A stretch of 64,000 bases of DNA from an uncultured Dehalococcoidales bacterium (lineage in GTDB: Bacteria > Chloroflexota > Dehalococcoidia > GIF9 > AB-539-J10). Numbering within the stretch: the first letter of the stretch is position 1; the number at the start of each line of letters is the position of its first letter. Shown in pieces: positions 54,924 to 63,600 of the stretch. The notes below the pieces were generated by a model that saw nothing but the letters and a program-made list of their open reading frames with translations, had not been told where the DNA came from and made no database searches. The DNA is taken from the NCBI GenBank assembly GCA_964578745.1, contig CAZODZ010000001.1, positions 17,676 to 81,675 on the forward strand. Direction: 5' to 3'. The position numbers and the translations under genes were made by a program.

Positions 54924-56297
54924 TCAGTGTGCGTGATCCTCCTGCTGTGTGCCAAAGGGAAGGGCAAACAGCCCCACCTTCAGGTCATTTACATTGGTGC
55001 CGGTGTGGCCGGTAATGACGGCGTCTGAGAGCCTCCGTAGCAGCGGGCTCACATTGTGCTGTGCAAGGGCGGTGGCAACGTCCGTTCCGGCCTCTCGAGC
55101 GCGACTGATGGTTGAAGCGTCGACAAGTGCGCCTGCCAGATCTGTGGGTCCATCGGTGCCGTCGGTATCAATGGAGACCACCACCTCGTTGTCAGTCTCC
55201 AGTACGAGTGCCGCTGCGCAGGCGAACTCCTGGTTCGGCCCCCCTTCGCCGTAGGTTCCGTTGAGTCTTACCGTTGTCTCGCCGCCTGCTATCAGAGCGA
55301 CTGGGCGCCGCGCAGACGCCGCGGCACTGTTGAGTGCGATGCCGAAGTCCTCGCCCTGTCTTGTGCTGTCACCCTCCATCTCGCTCGTGAGCACACGTGC
55401 CTTAAAGCCGAGCCGTGTGGCCTCGGCGGCAGCGGCTTCGCAGACCGTAGCACTCTTCACAAGAAGAAATGTGTGGACCCGATTGTCGCCAAAACCGCGG
55501 GGGTTCTCAGATGCAGGCGTGCCCGCTTTCAGATACTCGACAGCCGTACGCGGCATGCGCTGCCACAAGCCATATCGCTCGAGAACGGCCAGTGCATCTG
55601 CGAACGTAGAGGTGTCTGGAACGGTGGGGCAGGTAATGTAATCGTAGGGGTCTCCGGTGACGTCCGACACGGTCAGATTGATTATCTCCGCTGGAAACGC
55701 TGCAAGGGCGAGGCGGCCGCCCTTTATTCGTGAGAGGTGCTTTCGCACAGCATTGATCTCGCGGATGCTCGCTCCGCACTCGAGGAGCAGGCGGTGTACT
55801 TCTCGCTTCTCCTCGAGAGTGACGCCGTCCACCGGACAGGGCCACAGGGCCGAGCTGCCACCGGTGATGGCGCAGAACACGATGTCGTTCTCTCTGGCCT
55901 GTCGTGCAAGACGCAACGCCTCCTGCGCAGCTTCGTAGCCTCGCCTGTCTGGCAGAGGATGGCTTGCCTCAACAACGCGTATGGCCCCTGTCTCCTTCTT
56001 CTGACCTTCTTTGACAACCACCAGACTGTGGCGTATACGTTTGCCGAGTATGTCTTCTAGGGCACGCGCAATGGGAAGGCTGGCCTTACCCGCTCCCAGC
56101 ACGTAGATGTCTTCGCGCATGCCAAGGTCGTAGACGAGGTCGCCGACATGGAGTTGGTCTCCATCAAGGTGGATGAGGGCAGTGGTCGCCCTGTAAGGAT
56201 TCAGCTGTTCGAGAGCGCACTCGGCGATGTCGAGTGCAGCCTTGCGCAGTGCCCGATTTCCATGTGACTCAAGTTCGGAGCGGTTTTGTATGTACAT
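54924..56297 (-). CDS. Glycerate 2-kinase (MOFRL family)
   Basis: 457 aa; MOFRL N- and C-domains (VLGAGKAS...; GGETTV...GTDGTDGPTD motif). Confidence 0.8.
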   Translation of the reverse strand: MYIQNRSELESHGNRALRKAALDIAECALEQLNPYRATTALIHLDGDQLHVGDLVYDLGMREDIYVLGAGKASLPIARALEDILGKRIRHSLVVVKEGQKKETGAIRVVEASHPLPDRRGYEAAQEALRLARQARENDIVFCAITGGSSALWPCPVDGVTLEEKREVHRLLLECGASIREINAVRKHLSRIKGGRLALAAFPAEIINLTVSDVTGDPYDYITCPTVPDTSTFADALAVLERYGLWQRMPRTAVEYLKAGTPASENPRGFGDNRVHTFLLVKSATVCEAAAAEATRLGFKARVLTSEMEGDSTRQGEDFGIALNSAAASARRPVALIAGGETTVRLNGTYGEGGPNQEFACAAALVLETDNEVVVSIDTDGTDGPTDLAGALVDASTISRAREAGTDVATALAQHNVSPLLRRLSDAVITGHTGTNVNDLKVGLFALPFGTQQEDHAH

Positions 56298-56317
56298 GGT
56301 GCCTGTACCTGGGCACG

Positions 56318-57595
56318 CTAGACCGGCCTGCGGAAGTTCCTGCCGGCGTAGACAGCTGCTGTTCCAAGCTCTTCTTCTATCTGCAGCAGGCGGTTGTACT
56401 TAGCCGTCCGCTCGCTGCGTACCGGTGCGCCCGTCTTGATCTGTCCGCCGTTGAGCGCGACAGCGAGATCGGCGATTATCGAGTCCTCGGTCTCGCCGGA
56501 TCTCTCGGAGACGCAGACGCTGTAGCCGTTCCTGAACGCCATCTCGGCGGTCTCCATGGCCTCTGTCAGTGTGCCAATCTGGTTTACCTTCCACAGAACA
56601 GCATTGGCAGCTTTCTGCGTGATCCCTTTGGCCAGTCGCGACTTGTTTGTTACGAAAAGGTCATCGCCGACTATCTGCGCGTCGACTGCTGCCGTCAATT
56701 CGGCAAATCCCTCAAAATCATCTTCCTGCAGCGGGTCTTCAATAGAGGCTATCGGGTACTCTGCACACAGGTCCTGGAAGAATCTGATGGCTTCCTGTCT
56801 GCTTAGGGTTCTGCCTTCGAATCTGTATGTACCGGTGTGGCTGTCGTAGAGGTGGGTCGATGCACAGTCCAGCGCGTACACGATGTGCTCCTCATAGCCG
56901 GATGCCCGCACTGCGTCCCGCAATAGGTCGAGAGCTTCGCGCACCTTAACTATCGGCGGTACGACGCCACCTTCGTCGCCCACGTTGATGGCGAGCTTGC
57001 CATAGCGTTCGGCGGTTATCGATCTGAGGATCAGATTCACCTCGGCTGTCATCCTCAGCGCTTCGGAGAAGCTCTCGGCGCCAACCGGCATCATTATGAA
57101 TTCCTGGAAACAGAGGTCATTGGATGACAGTTTCCCTCCGTTCACCAGGTTCATCATCGGCACCGGCAGCACGTGTGCCGTTGAATTGAGGTAGCGGTAG
57201 AGAGGCAGGTGCAGAGTGGCGGCGGCTGCGCGCGCTATGGCAAGGCTGACTCCTAGTATTGCATTGGCGCCAAGGCGACTCTTGTCCGCGGTGCCATCCA
57301 GTGCGACAAGATCCCGGTCGATGGCGCGCTGCTCGGTAACGTCACGGCCGACCAGCGTGTCGGCTATGGCGCCGTTGATGTTCTGTACAGCGGTGAGCAC
57401 TCCCTTGCCGCCGTAACGGGGCCCGCCATCGCGAAGTTCGTATGCCTCGTATGAACCTGTGGAGCGACCGCTGGGCACGTCGGCGCGCCCTCTGAGTTCA
57501 CCGTCAACGTGGACATCAACCTGGACCGTTGGCGTACCACGGCAGTCGATTATCTCGCGGGCTGCAATGTCTGTGATCCGAAATTGCTCTGCCAC
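56318..57595 (-). CDS. eno: Enolase (phosphopyruvate hydratase)
   Basis: DSRGNPTVEV-like (DCRGTPTVQVDV), SGETED (SERSGETEDS) and full-length enolase architecture. Confidence 0.9.
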   Translation of the reverse strand: MAEQFRITDIAAREIIDCRGTPTVQVDVHVDGELRGRADVPSGRSTGSYEAYELRDGGPRYGGKGVLTAVQNINGAIADTLVGRDVTEQRAIDRDLVALDGTADKSRLGANAILGVSLAIARAAAATLHLPLYRYLNSTAHVLPVPMMNLVNGGKLSSNDLCFQEFIMMPVGAESFSEALRMTAEVNLILRSITAERYGKLAINVGDEGGVVPPIVKVREALDLLRDAVRASGYEEHIVYALDCASTHLYDSHTGTYRFEGRTLSRQEAIRFFQDLCAEYPIASIEDPLQEDDFEGFAELTAAVDAQIVGDDLFVTNKSRLAKGITQKAANAVLWKVNQIGTLTEAMETAEMAFRNGYSVCVSERSGETEDSIIADLAVALNGGQIKTGAPVRSERTAKYNRLLQIEEELGTAAVYAGRNFRRPV

Positions 57596-57753
57596 TCTCT
57601 GGCCTCCTTGTTGCTATTTCCCCTGCTGATCATCTGCCACACAACAATATCAATTCTGCTGGCGTGACTTTTGCTGTGGTCTCTCGCCAACCCCTGGCGA
57701 ATACAGAATCGGTCGTGTGTAGTATACGATAAGTAGTTCTTTGCAGTGCGATT

Positions 57754-57936
57754 TCATTTCCCGGCGCGCTGGTTGGCTGGAGACCCCTGACGAACTCCTG
57801 GGGTCGTTGCAGGCCTACGTCTGCCACCGGCTTCGGCCCGCGGTGCGGCCAGTTCCTTGCTGCACTGTACTGCGGGAATTACTGCCACCTTGGTTCCACG
57901 CGCGCGCAGCCCTGGTGTGTTTCGGATGCCCCACAA
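57754..57936 (-). pseudogene. Remnant of a third UxaA-like dehydratase large-subunit gene (N-terminal ~38 codons only)
   Basis: Minus-strand translation IRNTPGLRARGTKVAVIPAVQCSKELAAPRAEAGG aligns with the N-terminus of the adjacent intact gene FPRPDGSAGARNYVAIIPAVQCGNELADRIASEVGG, then diverges; DNA of 57840-57960 is visibly similar to 59020-59159. Confidence 0.6.
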
Positions 57937-57965
57937 ATCCCATTGGCTATCCCTGTTGCATTCTG

Positions 57966-59159
57966 CTACAGCAGAGGGCCGGTCGTGTACATCAGGAGCA
58001 TCTCATGATAACGGGAGTGCATCTCCTGCTTGCAAGGTTTGCCAGAAGCTACTGCTACGAGTTCCTCAAGAATGTGCTGCCCGACGTCAGGGACTGTCTC
58101 TTTACCCTCGATGATGGTACCAGCGTATACATCGAAATAGTCGCTCTGGGCGATGTCCTGTGGGCTGCTGAATATCTTTATCACCGGGGCGATGGGAATG
58201 CCACCAACAGCTACGGTATAGTTGTGCAGCATGGTCGGTAGACCTGCACCGTAGTTCAAACTCATTACCTGGGCGCCGCCGGCGGCGAATCCAAGAAATA
58301 TCTGCGGCGTATTAGCCGATCCGTCCATGAAGTACATCCCTTTGTCCGCTGGTCGTTCTGCCCACTCCAGAACGCCGTGTATCGGACTCTTGCCCGACTT
58401 GGCGATGGCCCCGAGGGACTTCTCCTCCAGTGTGGTCATTCCACCCCGTATGTTGCCCGGCACGGGTTGTGAACCTCGTATGTCCACACCGGAGTCTTTC
58501 ATGCGCTGCTCCATACGCAGGGCGACTTCGATAAGACGGGAGGAGACCTCTTCTGTTGCTCCACGTTGTGCCAGCAGGTGCTCGGCGCCAATGATTTCTG
58601 CGGTCTCCGAGAACATGAAAGTTCCACCCGCCTTCACTAGCTCGTCTGCCGCCCAGCCGACGGCTGGGTTGCAGGCCATAATAGATGCGGGAGTCGAGCC
58701 TGTGCACTTTGAGGCGAAGTTGAGATAACTGATGTCGAATGCTTCACGCCTGAGCAGCGAGGCGTCTGTCCTCATCTGTCTGGCTGTGCGGGTTCCTTTG
58801 GCGAGGGCGTTGTCGTAGCTCCCCTCCTTCTCGATCGTCACCAGCTCAACTGGCTTACCTGATGCGGCAATGCCTTCAGCAATGGGGTCGGCAGGCACCC
58901 CGTCACAGCCCACACCGACGACTATGGCTGCCGCGACGTTTGGATTGCAACCAAGGCCGACGAGTGCGCGAGAGATCGTCTCCTTGTCAGGAAGGATGTT
59001 AACGCATGCACCATTGTGGCACAGCGCGACTACTGGCCCTCCAACCTCGCTTGCGATGCGGTCAGCCAACTCATTGCCGCACTGCACCGCGGGGATTATT
59101 GCCACGTAGTTCCGCGCTCCTGCGCTGCCGTCTGGTCGTGGGAATCCCATGAATTCCAT
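57966..59159 (-). CDS. UxaA-family (altronate/galactarate dehydratase-type) hydrolyase large subunit, paralog 1 (no adjacent SAF small subunit)
   Basis: 397 aa; family motifs (GGMTTLEEKSLGAIAKSG, conserved Cys/His metal-site residues); paralogous to 61935..63161. Confidence 0.7.
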   Translation of the reverse strand: MEFMGFPRPDGSAGARNYVAIIPAVQCGNELADRIASEVGGPVVALCHNGACVNILPDKETISRALVGLGCNPNVAAAIVVGVGCDGVPADPIAEGIAASGKPVELVTIEKEGSYDNALAKGTRTARQMRTDASLLRREAFDISYLNFASKCTGSTPASIMACNPAVGWAADELVKAGGTFMFSETAEIIGAEHLLAQRGATEEVSSRLIEVALRMEQRMKDSGVDIRGSQPVPGNIRGGMTTLEEKSLGAIAKSGKSPIHGVLEWAERPADKGMYFMDGSANTPQIFLGFAAGGAQVMSLNYGAGLPTMLHNYTVAVGGIPIAPVIKIFSSPQDIAQSDYFDVYAGTIIEGKETVPDVGQHILEELVAVASGKPCKQEMHSRYHEMLLMYTTGPLL

Positions 59160-59203
59160 CTGCCTCTCCTTGCGGTCGCACTCGTGTTACTCCGGTCAAC
59201 CGG

Positions 59204-59971
59204 CTACATGTAGTAGCCGTTCGCCGTCCACCCGCCGTCGACCAGCAGGTCCGTGCCCGTTATGCTTCGCGCCTCTTCCGATGAGAGAAACAGGACCGCA
59301 TTGGCGATATCGTCCGGCGTGCTCATTCTGCCCAGCGGTGTCCTCCTGTTGATGGCGTCCGCATCTATCTTCCCCTGGCGCAGGAGGTTCTGGACGAGGT
59401 CAGTCAGTACATAGCCGGGTGAGACTGAATTCACCCTTATTCCGTACTTCGCAAGTTCAACTGCGAGCACCATTGTCAGGTTCATCACAGCGGCCTTTGA
59501 AGATGCATACGCGGTACGCATAGGTGGCCCTGTGTGTGCCGTGATGGAGGCAATGTTCACCATGACGCCACTGCCTTGTGCAATCATCACCTTGGCTGCC
59601 GCTCGTGAACACAGGTACGTGCCCTTGAGGTTGATGTCCACGGTGCGTTCGAAGTCCTCGAGCTGTTGCTCTATCAGGGGCATGAGTGGTTGACTGACTC
59701 CGGCATTGTTGACGAGAATGTCGAGACCACCGAATTCAGCAACAACTCTGTCTACCATGTGGCCGACCTGTTCTTCGTCACGCACGTCTGCTTCGATGGC
59801 GGTTACCTTATGGCTGAATTGCCTTGCTTCCTGTGCGGCCGCTTCAGCTGTTGCTTCGTGGGCAGCGTTGATAGCCACGTGTGCGCCTTCACGTGCATAG
59901 GCGAGTGCAATGGCCTTCCCTATTCCCCGCCCTGCGCCTGTCACCAGTACCGACTTGCCTTCGAATCGCAT
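59204..59971 (-). CDS. SDR family oxidoreductase (KduD/FabG-like)
   Basis: TGAGRGIGKAIA, NNAG, S...YxxxK (YASSK). Confidence 0.8.
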   Translation of the reverse strand: MRFEGKSVLVTGAGRGIGKAIALAYAREGAHVAINAAHEATAEAAAQEARQFSHKVTAIEADVRDEEQVGHMVDRVVAEFGGLDILVNNAGVSQPLMPLIEQQLEDFERTVDINLKGTYLCSRAAAKVMIAQGSGVMVNIASITAHTGPPMRTAYASSKAAVMNLTMVLAVELAKYGIRVNSVSPGYVLTDLVQNLLRQGKIDADAINRRTPLGRMSTPDDIANAVLFLSSEEARSITGTDLLVDGGWTANGYYM

Positions 59972-59989
59972 GTTACTCCTTCTGTACAG

Positions 59990-60949
59990 TCAGACCCGGC
60001 CCGACTGGATGTCCTCAACCAGATCACGCACGGCATCATCGAGGGTAAATCTGGGCTGCCAGCCCCAGTCCTTTCGAGCCGGGGCATCATCCGGTATCTT
60101 CTGAATACACTCATACTGTGTCTCCATGACGTGCTGATACTCGGGGTCGAACTCCATGGAAATCTGTGCGCCGGGGATATGCCTTCGCGTTGCCTCGACC
60201 AGTTCCTTGGTCGATGCTGAGAATCCATCCAGATTATAGATGCGTGTCGATAGCGATCGTTCGCTCGCGTGTGCAAGCTGCGCCAGACTTGAAGCTGCGT
60301 CCTTGACGTAGATGAAGCGCAGTGTGAGAGACTCTGCCACCTGGATCGTGAACGGGCGACCTCTGGCGCATTCCTCGATGACAAGTGATGTGTAGGCGCT
60401 CCAGCCTGAGCCCTTGACTCTCCCTGGGCCTATAATCGAGAGGAAGCGCACGGCCCTGAAATCGATACCGTATGTCCTGTTGTAGTGCAGGCCGAGTTGC
60501 TCACTGCAGACCTTCGAGGTTCCGTACATAGTCGGTGGCGTCTGCGGATAGTCACCGGGCACGATATCCGGCAGATTTGAGCCGAACGTGGCCGTCGTGC
60601 TGGAGTAGATGAACTGTCTCGAATCGAACAGACGTGCTGCCTCAAGCATGTTGAATGTGCCGACGACATTGACTGCGTACCCTGCTGCGTGGTCTATCTC
60701 GCATGCGGGTGGCATAAGTGCGGCGACGTGGTAGATCGTCTCCGGTTTCGCCTGTTTCACTGCTCCAAGCACCTGTGCCCAGTTGGTGAGGTCTGTGCGG
60801 TAGAGTGTAACGTGCCCTCTGAGGTCGTCCGGCAGCCGACTCTCCGGGACGAGGTCCAGAATGGATACATCCTCACCGTCTGCTACGAGCAGGCGGGCAA
60901 GCTCCTTACCTACCATACCGGCGCCGCCGGTTATCAGGCTTCTTCCCAT
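59990..60949 (-). CDS. NAD-dependent epimerase/dehydratase (extended SDR), tandem paralog 1
   Basis: ITGGAGMVG Rossmann motif, YxxxK (YGTSK), 319 aa. Confidence 0.75.
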   Translation of the reverse strand: MGRSLITGGAGMVGKELARLLVADGEDVSILDLVPESRLPDDLRGHVTLYRTDLTNWAQVLGAVKQAKPETIYHVAALMPPACEIDHAAGYAVNVVGTFNMLEAARLFDSRQFIYSSTTATFGSNLPDIVPGDYPQTPPTMYGTSKVCSEQLGLHYNRTYGIDFRAVRFLSIIGPGRVKGSGWSAYTSLVIEECARGRPFTIQVAESLTLRFIYVKDAASSLAQLAHASERSLSTRIYNLDGFSASTKELVEATRRHIPGAQISMEFDPEYQHVMETQYECIQKIPDDAPARKDWGWQPRFTLDDAVRDLVEDIQSGRV

Positions 60950-60980
60950 TAGTCTCTCCTTGTTCCATATGAGGACAGCA

Positions 60981-61934
60981 TCAGGCGTATATGTCGGAGT
61001 TTGCCCTGATATCGTTCACGAAGTCGGCCACAGCTTCCTCGAGCGAGAATCGTGGCGCCCAGTCCCAGTCTTTGCGCGCAAGCGTATCGTCGAGCCGCTC
61101 CGGCAGGTTCTTGACGAGCTGTATCTGCGTCTCATCTGGCTTGAACTCGAGTCTTGCGTCTGGCACGGCCTTCACTATCGCGTCATACAGCTCCTGTCCT
61201 GTCACTGTCATGCCATACAGGTTGTAGATGCGGGTCGTTAGACGGTTCTCCGGCGCCCACCGCAAGTCATACAGGCCCCAGGCTGCATCCTTCACATAAA
61301 GCACGGCGATAGAAGTGGCAGGCTCAACGTAGATACTGTAGAGGCGACCCATGGCTGCTTCCTGCACCGACTTGTACAGGTATGCGCTCTGGGCGCTGTC
61401 CACCCGCCCCATGCCTAGAATGGGAGTCAGGCGCACGCCTCTGAAGTTGAGCCCAAACCGGCGGTGATAGTACTCCCCCAGTCGTTCGCAGCAGACCTTG
61501 GTGACCCCGTACATGTTCACGGGGTGCTGTGCCGCGTCGTTCGGCACAATAGGTGGAACGTCTCGTCCGTATGTCGCCAGCGTGCTGATGAACATGACCG
61601 ATTCGACACCGAACATGCGGGCCGCCTCAAGGACGTTGTATGTCCCGTTGACATTGACGGCAAACGCTCCCTGCGGGTTTTGTTCACTGCCGGGCGGCAG
61701 CATTGCGCCGGCGTGGTAAATGCAGTCTGGCTTGCTGGTACGTACTGCGTCAAGTACATGTGACCAGTTGCCAATGTCACCACGTATCAGGGTAATCTTG
61801 TCCATCAAATTGCGAAACAACTTCGAGCCGCCCGCTATGTCGAAGATGGTGACTTCCTCTCCCTGCTCAAGGAGCAGGGTTGTGAGATGGTATCCGATGA
61901 ATCCAAAGCCGCCGGTAATGAGGCTCCTGGCCAT
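60981..61934 (-). CDS. NAD-dependent epimerase/dehydratase (extended SDR), tandem paralog 2
   Basis: ITGGFGFIG, YGVTK; ~45% identical to paralog 1 over full length. Confidence 0.75.
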   Translation of the reverse strand: MARSLITGGFGFIGYHLTTLLLEQGEEVTIFDIAGGSKLFRNLMDKITLIRGDIGNWSHVLDAVRTSKPDCIYHAGAMLPPGSEQNPQGAFAVNVNGTYNVLEAARMFGVESVMFISTLATYGRDVPPIVPNDAAQHPVNMYGVTKVCCERLGEYYHRRFGLNFRGVRLTPILGMGRVDSAQSAYLYKSVQEAAMGRLYSIYVEPATSIAVLYVKDAAWGLYDLRWAPENRLTTRIYNLYGMTVTGQELYDAIVKAVPDARLEFKPDETQIQLVKNLPERLDDTLARKDWDWAPRFSLEEAVADFVNDIRANSDIYA

Positions 61935-63161
61935 CTAAACGCACCCCCTTTTCAGATTGAGAAGTACTTCAAGTCGCGGGTCCTGTCTCCATGTGTTGAA
62001 ATTGTAGAATCCCAGCTCCTCACCTTTGGTCGTTTCGCCGGATGCGACGGCCAGTACTTTGTCAAAGATGCGTTTGCCTACGGATTCTATGGACTCGGTC
62101 CCCTCCATGATGGTGGAAGCGTTGATATCCATGTCCTCGGCCATTTTAGCCCATGTCTCCGGGTGTCCTGTGACTTTGACAAGTGGGCATATGGCGTGAC
62201 CGAAGCTTCCGCCTCTGCCAGTAGCGAAGACGATGATGTTGGCGCCCGCGGCTGCCTGGTACGTCATTGCCTGCAGCTCTATGTGGATGCCTCCGAGAAG
62301 GTAAAAGCCGCCTTCGGCCGGCAGCCGGTCAACTCGCTCTGCGGTTGCCTGGAGTACGCCTTTGATCGGACGGTGGCCACTCTTATGGACGGCACCGAGC
62401 GACTTCTCTTCCAGTGTGGTGAGGCCGCCTTTGATGTTTCCTCCACACATGAAGTCGACGCTTGCGCCGGGTACAGTCCAGCGTTTCTCCTCGTCGCCGA
62501 CCCAACTCAGTATGTCCTGTCTCACCTGTTCGTTTATCGCACGCCTGGCGAGTTCCTCTTCAGCCCCGATGGCTTCGATTGGTTCGGTCATAACCACGCG
62601 TGCACCGGCGTCAACCATCAAATCGGACATAATGCCGATTGCCGGGTTGGCTGCGATGCCACTGGACGTATCGGACCCGCCGCACTTCACACCGACGGCA
62701 AGCTTGCTGATATCGAACGGTCTGCGTTGCTGTCGTGCCGCATCGGCAGTCATCTTCTCGAGTATCTCCCTGCCTCGTGCGATGGCACGTCGTGTGTTGC
62801 CGATTGCCTGGATGTCCACAATCTCCACTGGTTTCCCGAAAGCGGCAATCTGCTCGGCTATAGGTTCCGCTCTTTGACCTTCGCAGCCCATTGCAACAAG
62901 GAGCGTCCCATAGATGTTTGGATTTGCGGCGGCGCCAACGAGTATAGGCACGACCTCCAGCGCGATGCATCCATGGTATTGGGTCACTGCTACTGCGCCG
63001 GGAATGCCTGCAGCCATCTGTTGAGCGGCGGGTTCACTACAATCGCATATCGCTATTGCGAGCACTGTATTGCGCACACCTACGAGACCGCCTGGTCGTT
63101 CATATCCATGGAATTCCATTCGCGTCACCTCCATAAAGGCCGGGCTGCTATCGGTGGCCAA
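61935..63161 (-). CDS. UxaA-family dehydratase large subunit, paralog 2
   Basis: 408 aa; GGLTTLEEKSLGAVHKSG; overlaps the SAF-domain gene by 14 nt. Confidence 0.7.
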   Translation of the reverse strand: MATDSSPAFMEVTRMEFHGYERPGGLVGVRNTVLAIAICDCSEPAAQQMAAGIPGAVAVTQYHGCIALEVVPILVGAAANPNIYGTLLVAMGCEGQRAEPIAEQIAAFGKPVEIVDIQAIGNTRRAIARGREILEKMTADAARQQRRPFDISKLAVGVKCGGSDTSSGIAANPAIGIMSDLMVDAGARVVMTEPIEAIGAEEELARRAINEQVRQDILSWVGDEEKRWTVPGASVDFMCGGNIKGGLTTLEEKSLGAVHKSGHRPIKGVLQATAERVDRLPAEGGFYLLGGIHIELQAMTYQAAAGANIIVFATGRGGSFGHAICPLVKVTGHPETWAKMAEDMDINASTIMEGTESIESVGKRIFDKVLAVASGETTKGEELGFYNFNTWRQDPRLEVLLNLKRGCV

Positions 63162-63456
63162 GCATGTTTGCAGTCAATGGCATACGGTCGCTCCTCACGT
63201 TGTGGATATGGACGTAGTCGCCCTCTGATATCGGCTTGGAAGCCCTGCCGATCTTGGCACCGTACTTGATGACGTCGGAGCCTTCAGGGATGGAGCAGAG
63301 GGCTACCTTGTGCCCAAGCGGTAGTGTGTCATTTGCCTTGACTATCTTGACGATTTCCCGTGACGTGGAAAGAATCTCGACCTCTTCGCCCGATTCAACT
63401 GCGGAAAGGGCAGTAGCGACGTTGTCCCTTGGGTCCATCGCGATTGCCTTCTTCAT
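63148..63456 (-). CDS. UxaA-family dehydratase small subunit (SAF domain)
   Basis: 102 aa; SAF-domain pattern (DNVATAL...GHKVALCSIPEGSDVIKYG...YVHIHNV); GAGGAG RBS. Confidence 0.7.
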   Translation of the reverse strand: MKKAIAMDPRDNVATALSAVESGEEVEILSTSREIVKIVKANDTLPLGHKVALCSIPEGSDVIKYGAKIGRASKPISEGDYVHIHNVRSDRMPLTANMLGHR

Positions 63457-63600
63457 ATTCCGTGCTCCTCTCTACTGGGTCTCTGTCTGTCCTCCCTCCG
63501 GTGCAGGAGGGCGTGCAGACACATACCTCCCCCCAAGACCCTGGGGATCGAGGAGATCTCGACCTCCTGGGCGGTCCGTGGTGTAGGGTGGCAGGAAATG

